Notes under the pieces: model-generated
Told to the model about the DNA's origin: nothing
Databases searched by the model: none
What the model saw: only the letters and a program-made list of their open reading frames with translations
From: Desulfomicrobium sp.
Lineage (GTDB): Bacteria; Desulfobacterota; Desulfovibrionia; Desulfovibrionales; Desulfomicrobiaceae
Length of the DNA: 64,000 bases
Assembly (NCBI GenBank): GCA_040768745.1
Contig: JAXGMI010000002.1
Coordinates: forward strand, 672,001-736,000
Direction of reading: 5' to 3'
Translations under genes and position numbers: made by a program
Shown here: positions 48,010-58,077 of the stretch, one piece after another
Position numbering within the stretch: the first letter of the stretch is position 1
How the letters are laid out: every line of letters starts with the position of its first letter

Positions 48010-48465
48010 ATGGATCCTCAGTATTGGCATTGGCTTGTCTTCGGCATGGCGCTCATCATTGCCGAGCTGTTTGTGCCGAGCTTCACCATCTTCTGGTTCG
48101 GCCTGGGTGCCCTGGCCGTGGGCGGACTGATCTGGCTCACTCCGACCTTGAGCCTGACCACGCAGCTCCTGCTCTGGGCTCTGTTTTCCGCCATGCTGAC
48201 GGCCTTCTGGTTTTTGGTCATGAAGCCTCGCATGGTGGACAAGACCCGGGCCGGCATGTCCAGAGAGGCGCTGTTGGGGGAGGTCGGTCAGGTCATCCGC
48301 GTGCCCGACGGCGAACGCCGCGGCCTGGTCCGCTTCACCAAGCCTCTCCTGGGATCGGACGAATGGTCCTTTATCTGCGACGAGCCTGTTCGTGTGGGTG
48401 ACCGGGTCCAGATCCGGGACGTGTCAGGCAACACCCTGGTCGTCGCAACCAAAACCAACAAATAA
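48010..48465 (+). CDS. NfeD-family membrane protein
   Basis: WLVFG..AEL..P.F..WFG; C-terminal OB fold ending VSGNTLVV. Confidence 0.9.
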   Translation: MDPQYWHWLVFGMALIIAELFVPSFTIFWFGLGALAVGGLIWLTPTLSLTTQLLLWALFSAMLTAFWFLVMKPRMVDKTRAGMSREALLGEVGQVIRVPDGERRGLVRFTKPLLGSDEWSFICDEPVRVGDRVQIRDVSGNTLVVATKTNK

Positions 48466-48484
48466 GCCCACAAGGAGATCCGCC

Positions 48485-49345
48485 ATGCTCACTCCGGGAC
48501 TGACTGTCGTCGTTTTTCTGCTCATCCTCGTCATCATCACCATTTCCATGGGCGTGCGCCTCGTACCCCAGGGATACAAATACGTGGTCCAGCGCCTGGG
48601 CAAATACCACACCACCCTGGCCCCGGGGCTGAACATCATCATCCCCTATATGGATAACGTGGCCTTCAAGGTGACCACCAAGGACATCGTCCTGGACATC
48701 CCCTCCCAGGACGTCATTACCCGGGACAATGCGGTCATCATCACCAACGCCGTGGCCTACATCAATATCGTTTCCCCGGAAAAGGCGGTCTACGGCGTCG
48801 AGGACTACCGCATCGCCATCCAGACCCTGGTCCAGACCTCGCTGCGGTCCATCATCGGCGAAATGGATCTGGACGATGCCCTGTCCTCGCGGGACATGAT
48901 CAAGTCCAAACTCAAGGAAGCCATTTCCGACGACATCTCGGACTGGGGCATCATGCTCAAGACAGTGGAAATCCAGGACATCAACCCGTCTGAAACCATG
49001 CAGCGGGCCATGGAGGAACAGGCTGCCGCAGAACGCGCCCGCCGCGCCACCGTGACTCGGGCCGAAGGCGAGAAAACGGCCGCCATCCTGCAGGCCGACG
49101 GGCGCCTGGAAGCGTCCCGGCGCGACGCCCAGGCCAAGGTCGTGCTGGCCGAGGCCGACCAGCTGGCCATCACCAAGGTGGCCGAAGCATCCCAGAAAGG
49201 CGAGCTCCCCCTGGTCTTTCTCCTGGGCCAGCGCTACGTCGACTCCATGCGCAAGATGGCCGAGACGGACAACGCCAAGATCCTGGTCCTGCCCGCCGAC
49301 CTGCCCGCCGCCGTGCGGGGGATCATGGGCACCCTCGGAAAATAG
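48485..49345 (+). CDS. SPFH/band 7 (stomatin/QmcA-like) protein
   Basis: RLGKYH..L.PGL, QDVITRDN, QAAAERARRA; paired with NfeD. Confidence 0.93.
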   Translation: MLTPGLTVVVFLLILVIITISMGVRLVPQGYKYVVQRLGKYHTTLAPGLNIIIPYMDNVAFKVTTKDIVLDIPSQDVITRDNAVIITNAVAYINIVSPEKAVYGVEDYRIAIQTLVQTSLRSIIGEMDLDDALSSRDMIKSKLKEAISDDISDWGIMLKTVEIQDINPSETMQRAMEEQAAAERARRATVTRAEGEKTAAILQADGRLEASRRDAQAKVVLAEADQLAITKVAEASQKGELPLVFLLGQRYVDSMRKMAETDNAKILVLPADLPAAVRGIMGTLGK

Positions 49346-49403
49346 CAAAGGCCGGAGACTTTCCGGCCTTTGCCTGCAGAACCCCTCGCGCAGGGGTTTT
49401 CTA
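49345..49403. terminator. Two stem-loops between the convergent SPFH and icd genes
   Basis: GCAAAGGCCGGA/TCCGGCCTTTGC and AACCCCT/AGGGGTT followed by T residues. Confidence 0.65.
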
Positions 49404-49424
49404 TCGCCCCGCACCCATGGAGCC

Positions 49425-50648
49425 TTACGTCCACAACCCCATGGCCGTCCGCAGATTCTCGTCCAGCCGGGCCAGGAACTCCTCGGTGGTCAACCAGCTC
49501 TGCCCGGGACCGACCAGAATGGCCAGATCCTTGGTCATGGCCCCGGACTCCACAGTGTCGATGCAGACCTTCTCCAGGGCCTCTGCAAAACGCACCACCT
49601 CCGGGGTCTGGTCGAACGTACCGCGGTACCAGAGACCCCGGGTCCAGGCGAAGATCGAGGCGATGGGGTTGGTGGAGGTCTTCCGCCCCTGCTGGTGCTC
49701 CCTGAAATGGCGGGTCACTGTGCCGTGGGCCGCCTCCGCCGCGACGGTGCTTCCGTCCTCGGTCATCAGCACCGAAGTCATCAGGCCCAGGGAGCCGAAA
49801 CCCTGGGCCACCGTGTCCGACTGCACATCCCCATCATAGTTTTTGCACGCCCAGACAAAGCCTCCGGACCACTTCAGGGCGGAGGCCACCATGTCGTCGA
49901 TGAGGCGATGCTCGTAGGTGATTCCCGCCTTCTGGAACCGGTCTTTGAATTCCGTTTCGTACACTTCCTGGAAAATGTCCTTGAACCGGCCATCGTACTT
50001 TTTGAGGATGGTGTTCTTGGTCGACAGATAGACCGGCCAGCCGAGGTTCAGCCCATAGTTCATGCATGAGCGGGCAAAACCGCGGATGGATGCGTCGAGG
50101 TTGTACATGCCCAGGGCGCAGCCGGAACCCGGGAAATTGAAGACTTCGAAATCCTGGGCCGGACCTCCGTCGGCCGGGGTGAAGGTCATGGTCAGCCGGC
50201 CTGGGCCCGGCACCAGAAAATCCGTGGCCTTGTACTGATCCCCGAATGCATGACGGCCAATGACGATGGGCTTTGTCCAGCCCGGCACCAGGCGGGGAAT
50301 GTTGGAGCAAATGATGGGCTGACGGAAAATCGTGCCCCCGACGATATTGCGGATGGTGCCGTTGGGCGAACGCCACATCTTTTTCAGATGGAACTCCTTG
50401 ACCCGTGACTCGTCCGGGGTGATGGTCGCGCACTTGACGCCCACCCTGACCCTCTTGATGGCCTCGCCCGCCTCGATGGTCACCCTGTCCTCTGTGGCAT
50501 CGCGGTTCTGCACCGAAAGGTCGTAGTACTGAAGATCGATCTCCAGATAGGGCAGAATCAGCTTGTCCTTGATGAACTTCCAGATAATCCTCGTCATTTC
50601 ATCCCCGTCGATCTCGACGACGGGATTTTTCACCTTGATTTTGTGCAT
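49425..50648 (-). CDS. icd: NADP-dependent isocitrate dehydrogenase (type II, eukaryote-like)
   Basis: [47 protein letters not shown]. Confidence 0.97.
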   Translation of the reverse strand: MHKIKVKNPVVEIDGDEMTRIIWKFIKDKLILPYLEIDLQYYDLSVQNRDATEDRVTIEAGEAIKRVRVGVKCATITPDESRVKEFHLKKMWRSPNGTIRNIVGGTIFRQPIICSNIPRLVPGWTKPIVIGRHAFGDQYKATDFLVPGPGRLTMTFTPADGGPAQDFEVFNFPGSGCALGMYNLDASIRGFARSCMNYGLNLGWPVYLSTKNTILKKYDGRFKDIFQEVYETEFKDRFQKAGITYEHRLIDDMVASALKWSGGFVWACKNYDGDVQSDTVAQGFGSLGLMTSVLMTEDGSTVAAEAAHGTVTRHFREHQQGRKTSTNPIASIFAWTRGLWYRGTFDQTPEVVRFAEALEKVCIDTVESGAMTKDLAILVGPGQSWLTTEEFLARLDENLRTAMGLWT

Positions 50649-51013
50649 GTTCCTTCCTCGATGTGATGTTTTCCAGCGGGATCTGCCCGGCGGCCCTGCT
50701 GCAAGGAGATTTTGGATATCCCTTGCACGGGAAATACTCTCAGTAACGCGCGGGTTTTTTCCCTTAGTCAAAGACTTGGCTTCGCGCAATCGCCGGCAGC
50801 CGGGCCGAACAAACGGTTCAAGCTGGTCGCAGACCTGCACGGGCTTAAACCGAGGCAACCTCGTGCGCCTTCACCGCCGATCATGACCGGCGTGCGATCG
50901 GACAGGCCAAGGGACGGCCCTCGCCTGCATGGCAGCTTATGTGCAGGATGCACGCGGTTCCGGACGTCACCTTCGTGCATATGTAACATATTGGGACGAT
51001 TTAAAAACTCCAG

Positions 51014-52054
51014 TCAGCTGGACCTGAGCATGAGGTGGAAAAGTTTCTGTACATATCTCCCTGACACCACATCGGCCAAGGCAAAGACAGGCAGGACTTC
51101 GCGGGCCATCACGCCGGCAATGGCCAGCCACATTTCCAGGGACAGCCTTTCCAGGGAGGGAGCCAGAACGGTTTCCCACAGTTCTCTGGAGGCATCGGCC
51201 GCCAGGCCGTGAGACCTGCACTGCAGGGGCCGGCAACTGAAAAGCATGCACTTCGCATCCTGATTCAGGGGGCAAAGGGCGCCCGCGTCAGAAAGGCAGA
51301 ATGTCTCTGCCTGCACCTCCTGCACCGTGGCCCGCTCGCGCTTGGCCGTTTCCACAGCCCGGGCAATGACCTCCAACCGCCTCTCGCTGGTCAGCCTCAC
51401 GTTCATCTGGTGGGTCAGGGAAACCGCCTCGACCAGGGACAATGTCACGGGCGTGCGGCAGCAACGGTCATGGTCTTGACCGCACCGCAACGTTCCATGG
51501 GCAGCGGCCAGCCCGTCAACCCTGCTCCACAGCGCTTCATAGTCGCGAAGATAGGGACTGAAATCCACGGCCCGGTGCATTTCCAGAGTGGGTTCGCGCA
51601 CCGAGAGACGCGGGCTGCTTTTGCCGTATTTGCGAATGGTCCACCACTGGGCGAAATTCGAGGGCTTGGAGCGCAACGTGCGCAGCTTGAACCAGGCCAG
51701 GCGGTGTCCGAGACCCCTGCGCAACAGGTACGCGTTGAGCACGGTCCCTGTCCGGCCAATCCCGTGCCGGCAATGGATGAGCACTTTCTTGCCCAGATAG
51801 ATGGCCTCGTCGAGCCAGGCCAGGGCCTTTTCCAGTTCCTCAAGCTCCGGGGCCTCCTCGTCTGCCAGGGGCATGTGGTACACCTCGAACCCGGCTGCGC
51901 ATTCGATCTCATGCAAATCGCAGAATTCCCCGCACAAGTTCAAAATGGCAACGATTCCGGCCTCGCGCAGGCAGTCGAGCTGCTCATAGCTCATGGGTGC
52001 GGCCCCGACTGCCAGCTGATCTGTGACCCACGTGGGGCTGTAGGCGGCGCTCAT
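51014..52054 (-). CDS. Dual-specificity/tyrosine phosphatase fused to a YkgJ-like Cys-cluster domain
   Basis: HCRHGIGRTG (HCX5R); C-terminal CGQDHDRCC...CPL...C...RPLQCR. Confidence 0.88.
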   Translation of the reverse strand: MSAAYSPTWVTDQLAVGAAPMSYEQLDCLREAGIVAILNLCGEFCDLHEIECAAGFEVYHMPLADEEAPELEELEKALAWLDEAIYLGKKVLIHCRHGIGRTGTVLNAYLLRRGLGHRLAWFKLRTLRSKPSNFAQWWTIRKYGKSSPRLSVREPTLEMHRAVDFSPYLRDYEALWSRVDGLAAAHGTLRCGQDHDRCCRTPVTLSLVEAVSLTHQMNVRLTSERRLEVIARAVETAKRERATVQEVQAETFCLSDAGALCPLNQDAKCMLFSCRPLQCRSHGLAADASRELWETVLAPSLERLSLEMWLAIAGVMAREVLPVFALADVVSGRYVQKLFHLMLRSS

Positions 52055-54498
52055 CTGTCCCCTCCCAAAAGAAAACGACCTATAAAGGATTGGGCTTCCT
52101 CCTCGGCCTGGGTTCTGCCGTGCAGCTTCATGTCCTGCAGACGGGTGGCCGCCAGAATAAGACCCAGGACGTGCAGGGCCCGTGAGGTTTCCGCAGCGGA
52201 CTGACGGGAAAAGGCGGCGTCAAGCATGTCCCCTTTGATGACCGTGTCAAACCCGCTCTGGGACAATACACGCTCGATAAAAACAAGACGGTGCCCGCGC
52301 TGCTCCATGGCCGCCCCGCCACCTTTAAAGCAAAACTTGATATAATTTGTCCCGGCCTCATCCCCGCACAGAGAATCCACGATGGAGTAATGATAGCCGA
52401 AGCGGATGTTCAGGTGCATGTATTCCGATGCGATCAGTGCATAGCTGGCCAGGATTTTCGAATCGAGCCGAAAGATCCCGCCGCTGACCCGGTCGAACTC
52501 CTCCCAGTCCACATGCAGCTGGGAGTGATCCCAGGCAATGCGCCCGTCGGTCATGCCGGCCCACAAGGGCTGCAGCGGGCGGCACGTCAGATGGCCTGCG
52601 TGAACAGGGCCATTGTCTCCAGACTCTGGCGAGAGTCCGCCACCAAGGTCGAGCACGTACATGACCAGGGGCAAGCTGGTGGTCAATCTTCTGGCCTTGC
52701 CCAGGCCCCGGCCGCCCCGACCCACCAGAGAGAACATCTCGGACACGCTCTGCTCGTGACAGAAGCGAACCATGTCGTGCAACGACTGGCACCCCTCGGG
52801 AGAAAACTGCGGATGTTGCGGGTCGGTCAGGTTCAGTTTCACGGTGCGCAGGACCAGGGCCTCTGTCCCGGTCCGGACCAGGGTTCTGGCCTCTGCGGCG
52901 TGCAGATCCCGTTCCACGATCGTCGACAGGCAGTCGGAAAAAATTCGTCCGGCCGCGGCATCCACGGTGACAACCTGCCCGGCCATTAACGACGCACCTT
53001 CCCGGCCCACCACCACTGGAATCCCGCGCTCCCTGGCCACGGAGGCGAGGTGGCTGGCCCGACTGCCGCTTTCTGAAACGATGGCTGCGATGCGGTCCAG
53101 AAACTGGGACAAAGCGGGTCGCATGGAAGAGGTCACCACCACGGAGCCCTTGGGAATATCCTGAAAATTGGTACCCAGCGTGGCGTGATATACCGGTCCG
53201 CAGGCTGCGCCCGGAGCGGCGCAGTCCAGACCTGAGAGGAGGATTTTCGCTGCTGCGATCTCCTGTGCCGAAAAAACCTCCTGTTCAGGGTCCTGCAGCA
53301 GCCTCCTGGTCTGCAGGATGATGATCCCCTGCGGCCCAAAGGCCCATTCCACATCCTGAGGCTCCCCGAAATGCCTTTCCAGGACCAGACTCCACGCGCC
53401 CAGTCCAACGACTGCCTCGTCCGGCAGAACCGAAAATCCTGCAAAGGCAGACCCGGACAGAATGCGCGGCAGCTCCTCCCGACTCAAACAGTACTTTCCC
53501 GGGGTTGCCGATCCATCCACCAGTTGGTCGCCAATGCCCTGGACCACGTAGGCGGCCATGGATTCACCCCGGACTGCGCAGGACGGATCCCGGGTGTAGA
53601 CCACCCCAGCTGCTGTGGCCTCGATCATGGGGACGACCAGCACTGCCATGGCCGTATCGGCGTCCGACAGGCCATGCCGGATGCGATAGGCCACGGCCCG
53701 GGGGCAGTATTTGCCGGCCAGGGCCCGTTTGTAGGCCGCAAGGACATCTTGGGGAGGCACATTCAACTCGCTGGCGTACTGACCGGCAAAGGAAATCCTG
53801 CCATCCTCGGCCAGGGCGCTGGAGCGCACAGCCAGAAACCCGCCATGGGACAGATCATGTGCGGCCGCACTGATCTGGGCGGCGATGTCCTCCGGAACTG
53901 TCCCGGCCAGGATCAGCTCCTGCATTTCTGCGGTGGCCTGGATGATCCCGTCATGATTGGCCAGGGAGACACCCTGGAAGCACCGTTCCACCTCGTCTTC
54001 CAGCTTGTTCTCGCGCAGATAGCGGGCAAAGGCCTGGACCGTGATCACGAATCCGGGTGGAGTGGGGGCCCCGAGCCGGCGGGACACTGCCAGATTGAAC
54101 GCCTTCCCGCCGACCCGTTGCGGATGATCGGCTGCCTCGTCCAGACTGAGGACGTAGGGGGGGGAAACATCCATGTCCTGCTCTGCCAAGCATGGTGCAA
54201 CTTCTGCGCGAATTCGCTCCAACGCCGTGGAAAGGGGTTCGTGCATGGAGGGATTCATGCCCGAAAGCTCCAGGGTCATGTCACGCACAGCCTGGACCAA
54301 CTGGGTGGTCAGGGACCTGATCCTGGCCATGTCGGCCGGATCATGCCCGTACAGATGGCTGTCCAGATCCGCGATCACGTCCTGGGCCAGGGCATCGATA
54401 CGCAACAATTCCATGAAATGTTCGTATTTTCTCCGGATGAACTTGTCCGGAGCCAGAATGCGGGTGGACCAGTGGCGGAACAGACGGGAGGCGGTCAT
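52051..54498 (-). CDS. PEP synthase/PPDK-like protein (ATP-grasp plus swivel His domain, no pyruvate-binding barrel)
   Basis: VGGKAFNL, AVRSSALAED..SFAGQY, PQDVEWA, LQTR, SGSRASHLASVARE. Confidence 0.87.
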   Translation of the reverse strand: MTASRLFRHWSTRILAPDKFIRRKYEHFMELLRIDALAQDVIADLDSHLYGHDPADMARIRSLTTQLVQAVRDMTLELSGMNPSMHEPLSTALERIRAEVAPCLAEQDMDVSPPYVLSLDEAADHPQRVGGKAFNLAVSRRLGAPTPPGFVITVQAFARYLRENKLEDEVERCFQGVSLANHDGIIQATAEMQELILAGTVPEDIAAQISAAAHDLSHGGFLAVRSSALAEDGRISFAGQYASELNVPPQDVLAAYKRALAGKYCPRAVAYRIRHGLSDADTAMAVLVVPMIEATAAGVVYTRDPSCAVRGESMAAYVVQGIGDQLVDGSATPGKYCLSREELPRILSGSAFAGFSVLPDEAVVGLGAWSLVLERHFGEPQDVEWAFGPQGIIILQTRRLLQDPEQEVFSAQEIAAAKILLSGLDCAAPGAACGPVYHATLGTNFQDIPKGSVVVTSSMRPALSQFLDRIAAIVSESGSRASHLASVARERGIPVVVGREGASLMAGQVVTVDAAAGRIFSDCLSTIVERDLHAAEARTLVRTGTEALVLRTVKLNLTDPQHPQFSPEGCQSLHDMVRFCHEQSVSEMFSLVGRGGRGLGKARRLTTSLPLVMYVLDLGGGLSPESGDNGPVHAGHLTCRPLQPLWAGMTDGRIAWDHSQLHVDWEEFDRVSGGIFRLDSKILASYALIASEYMHLNIRFGYHYSIVDSLCGDEAGTNYIKFCFKGGGAAMEQRGHRLVFIERVLSQSGFDTVIKGDMLDAAFSRQSAAETSRALHVLGLILAATRLQDMKLHGRTQAEEEAQSFIGRFLLGGDR

Positions 54499-54516
54499 GG
54501 CATCTCTCGAACAGAG

Positions 54517-54882
54517 TCAGGAGTTACTTTCCAATACTTCCAATACTTTGGATTCCAACTCCTCCTTGTCGATCGGCTTGACGCAGTATTCGTTGGCCCC
54601 CAACTTGAGCGCCTCCCGGGCCGTTTCCAGGGTCGGATAGCCCGTGAGCATGATGATTTTGATGTCAGGCGCGTGCTTTTTCATTTCGGCCAGGACTTCG
54701 ACCCCGGTCAGCCTTTTCAGCTTCATGTCCAGAATGGCCAAATCCGTCGTTCCCTTGGCCACGTGCCGGATGGCGTCCTCTTCTTCCGTAAAGGCCGTGA
54801 CCTGATGTCCCTTGCGGTCCAGGATGCGCTTGACCAGGGTCCCCGCATCGGAAACATCATCCAGAACTACGATCGATGCCAT
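54517..54882 (-). CDS. Single-domain response regulator
   Basis: VLDD, ILDMKL, LTGYP, KP; AGGAGG RBS. Confidence 0.92.
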   Translation of the reverse strand: MASIVVLDDVSDAGTLVKRILDRKGHQVTAFTEEEDAIRHVAKGTTDLAILDMKLKRLTGVEVLAEMKKHAPDIKIIMLTGYPTLETAREALKLGANEYCVKPIDKEELESKVLEVLESNS

Positions 54883-54909
54883 GTATTCCTCCTTCATAGA
54901 ATGGGCAGG

Positions 54910-56943
54910 TCAGAATCCGCTGTGATGATCCAGGGGGATGTCCACCGTGAAGACGGTTCCTGGCCCTCTGCCTGCTCCCGGGGGCAGAGGGGGGAAATCG
55001 GCATCGGCGGGCAGGGGACTGTCCACCCGGATCTCGCCCATGTGGTCCTTGATGATGCCAAAGGACACGGAAAGCCCCAACCCCGTGCCTTGGCCCACGG
55101 CCTTGGTGGTGAAGAACGGATCGAAAATCTTTTTCTTGGCTGCCTCGTCAATGCCCATTCCGCTGTCCATGACTTGCATGGTCACGATGCCCTGCGGCGT
55201 GTTCAACTGGGTGCTGACCACGATGACCCCGCCGCCTTTGGGAATGGCGTCCTTGGCGTTGTTCAGAAGATTGAGCCAGACCTGTTTGAGTCGTTCCGGA
55301 TCGCCATAAATGATGGGGAAGCTGTCGTCGAGTCGGGTCACGATCTCCACCCGGTCCAGGGAAAAGGAATGCCTCACCAGGCTGACCGACTCCATCACTG
55401 AATTGTTGAAGCACATTTCCCGCTTGTCCGACACGGCCTGACGGGAGAACCCCAGCAAATCGGCCACGATCTTGCGGCAGACCTTGGCCTGCTTCTCGAT
55501 GATGCCCAGATCCTGGGCCTGCTGGCTCTCGGGTGGCGTGTCATCCTTGAGCAGCTGGGCATAACCCAGGATGATGCCCAGGGGAGTGTTGATCTCATGG
55601 GCCACCCCGCCGGCCAGTTTGCCGATGGATTCCATTTTCTGGGCCTGGATGAGCTGTTGCTCGTATGCCTTGATGTCGGTGATGTCCCGGTCCATGCGCA
55701 TGAGACCAACGATGTGTCCGGATTCGTCGTGAACCGGAATCTGGACCACATGAAACCACTTCTGTCCTTTCTGCCCGTCCACGCGCTCCTGCCTGTCCAC
55801 CCGCTTGCCCGTGACCAGGACTTCGCGGCCTTCCAGATTCCTGCGTTCTGCTTCGTCTTCGGGAAAAAGATGAAAGTCATTGAGCCCTTGGATTTCAGCC
55901 ACGCTTTTACCCACACTTTGGGCAAAGGCACGGTTGGCTGCCTGATAGACCATACGTGTGTCCACCATGGAAATGAGATCAGGGTTCATGTCCAGGACCG
56001 TGGACAACAGCCGTTGCTGGCGGGTCAAGATCTGCTGCGCCTCCCGTAATCCCCGGATATGGTCCCGCAGTGTGTAGGCCATGAAGTCGAAGGTTTCGGA
56101 CAGGTCCTGGATCTCGTCGCCCACGCTCTGCTGGAATACGGGACAGTCATGGCAACTGGCCGGCTTGGGACCGAGCTTGCAGGCATGGCTGGCGCATTTG
56201 GTCTCGGGGATGAGCCAGCACCTGCGCATGCGGTCCTGATGGGCCGGACACTCATTTTCACGGCAGTGCATGATCTCCCAGCAGAAATGCTCCTTTGGCA
56301 GAATTGCCAGGGTTTCGAGGCTGCCGGTGACCAGTTCCTCGGCGTGGCTTCGCAATTCACCCAACCGCTGGGTCACGGTGCGGGCAAAAATGCTGCCCAG
56401 AGCCATGGCCGCCAGCAGCACTCCACCGAACATGGTGGCGATGGCTGAAACGAGCTGGCGGGTCGTGCCGCTGATGCGGGACTTGGAAAGCCCAACCCGG
56501 ACCGTGCCGATGCGTTCGCCGGCGACCACGACGGGTGCGGCAAAATCGTAGATGAATATCTGGCCCGTATCGAGCAACTGGACATGAATCCCCTGCTCGT
56601 CACCCACGGCATTGGCCTGCATCAGGTCCACGGGAAAACCCTTTGGAAAGGAATGGGTGACCACTCGTCCGTCGGCGTTTTGCACAAAGGCATAGACCAT
56701 GTCCCCAGTTTCCCCGACCATGTTGCGCAGGCGCAGATAGTCCTGGGCCAGCAGGGGATCCACGGCCCGTGCGGCAAGGCTTTCGGCCATGGCGATTCCA
56801 CGGAGCTTGTTCTCTTCCACCATGGCGGTGGATGTCATCCTGGCCACCACGGGCAAAAGAACCAGGGCCATGCCGAGAACGATGGCGATGATGCCCAGAT
56901 TGAGCTTGGTCTCGAATTTAAGCCGGGAAAAAAGGGTTTTCAC
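54910..56943 (-). CDS. Sensor histidine kinase (TM, Cys-rich-interrupted HAMP, PAS, HisKA, HATPase)
   Basis: GTG overlaps the upstream stop; two TM segments; CWE..C...CP...CW...C...C..CP insert; AHEINTP, NAKDA, DSGMG, GTGLG. Confidence 0.9.
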   Translation of the reverse strand: MKTLFSRLKFETKLNLGIIAIVLGMALVLLPVVARMTSTAMVEENKLRGIAMAESLAARAVDPLLAQDYLRLRNMVGETGDMVYAFVQNADGRVVTHSFPKGFPVDLMQANAVGDEQGIHVQLLDTGQIFIYDFAAPVVVAGERIGTVRVGLSKSRISGTTRQLVSAIATMFGGVLLAAMALGSIFARTVTQRLGELRSHAEELVTGSLETLAILPKEHFCWEIMHCRENECPAHQDRMRRCWLIPETKCASHACKLGPKPASCHDCPVFQQSVGDEIQDLSETFDFMAYTLRDHIRGLREAQQILTRQQRLLSTVLDMNPDLISMVDTRMVYQAANRAFAQSVGKSVAEIQGLNDFHLFPEDEAERRNLEGREVLVTGKRVDRQERVDGQKGQKWFHVVQIPVHDESGHIVGLMRMDRDITDIKAYEQQLIQAQKMESIGKLAGGVAHEINTPLGIILGYAQLLKDDTPPESQQAQDLGIIEKQAKVCRKIVADLLGFSRQAVSDKREMCFNNSVMESVSLVRHSFSLDRVEIVTRLDDSFPIIYGDPERLKQVWLNLLNNAKDAIPKGGGVIVVSTQLNTPQGIVTMQVMDSGMGIDEAAKKKIFDPFFTTKAVGQGTGLGLSVSFGIIKDHMGEIRVDSPLPADADFPPLPPGAGRGPGTVFTVDIPLDHHSGF

Positions 56944-57863
56944 CGCCCTATCTCTCCTAGCCCCAGAGCCTTCTCCAAATCGCGCACCGACTGGTAATCC
57001 TCGTCCCGGGCGCTGATGATGCCAACCATGCCCGCCGGCTTCAGGATTGCGGCGTCCTCGGCTCGACGCATGTCCAGATCGAACAGGGCCTTGGCTATCT
57101 TGTCCTTGACCGACGGGTCGAATCCCCTGCGCGCGGAATACACCCAGCCCGGGTATGGTCTGCTCTCGGCCAGAACCCGGATCTGGTCCAGGTCGATTTT
57201 GTCCCGGACCACGGAAAGCGTTCCCTTGCGGATCGTGCCCACGTCGTAGGCCCCGGCGTAGACTGCCAAAACCACCGACTCCTGCTTCCCTCCCGCCCCC
57301 GATGCAAAGGCAATTTCCCGGAAGTCCTCCCGCCGGATGCCGTGTTCGTAGAAGTGGCCGAGTGGGTACAAATAGCCGCCAGCCGATGCCGGATCCACGG
57401 CGATAAGCCGCTTGCCCCGGCAATCCTCGATGCTTCTGATGGCCGGGTTGTCGACACGCACGATGATCTGTCCGGAAAAATCAGCACCGCCTTCGGGCTC
57501 GACAATGCGGGCAAAGGCCTCGGAGCCGAAGCGGGCCATGGTGGTGTAGACAAAGGGGTTGGTGAAGGAAATATCGATTTCCCCGCGCTCCACCATCCTG
57601 ATGTGCTCGGCAAAGGTATCGGGGAAAACCTGGCGGAATGGCACACCTGTCTTGTGCCGCAGGTATTCAAGCAATCGGCGGTGGCGTTCGAAGGACACAG
57701 AGTGGGAATACTGGGGCAGGTAGGCATAGGTCACGGCCTTGTCATGCCCCGGAGGAGAAACCGTTTCGACCCGGAACATGTCCACGGTCACGACAGGCTC
57801 ATTTTCGCCGCAACCGGACAATGCCGCAAGAAAAAGAAAAACGACGGCCCGCACCAGGAACAT
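56940..57863 (-). CDS. PhnD/PtxB-like phosphate/phosphonate-binding lipoprotein
   Basis: Lipobox LSGC, NPFVY, DPASAGGYLYP, YDVG; no ABC permease or ATPase adjacent. Confidence 0.85.
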   Translation of the reverse strand: MFLVRAVVFLFLAALSGCGENEPVVTVDMFRVETVSPPGHDKAVTYAYLPQYSHSVSFERHRRLLEYLRHKTGVPFRQVFPDTFAEHIRMVERGEIDISFTNPFVYTTMARFGSEAFARIVEPEGGADFSGQIIVRVDNPAIRSIEDCRGKRLIAVDPASAGGYLYPLGHFYEHGIRREDFREIAFASGAGGKQESVVLAVYAGAYDVGTIRKGTLSVVRDKIDLDQIRVLAESRPYPGWVYSARRGFDPSVKDKIAKALFDLDMRRAEDAAILKPAGMVGIISARDEDYQSVRDLEKALGLGEIGR

Positions 57864-58077
57864 GCTTCACCACCCAGCGTACTTCCTTCGATGCTGCGAC
57901 AGTATGCCAAAGAACCATGTCGGACAACACAAAGGTTCCATCCCAAAGTGTCCGGGCAGTCAACCACACCGGTCGAAAATCCCTCCTTGCATGAGGTCCC
58001 CACCCCTGGCCCTTGCTGGAACCCGGGTGACGCTGTATCAACAACACGACTCCATACCTCAACGCCCCGGAGGGCCC

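Noticed and set aside
57894..57910. Possible sigma54 promoter TGGCATACTGTCGC for the binding-protein operon
   Set aside because: GG-to-GC spacing is 9 rather than the required 10
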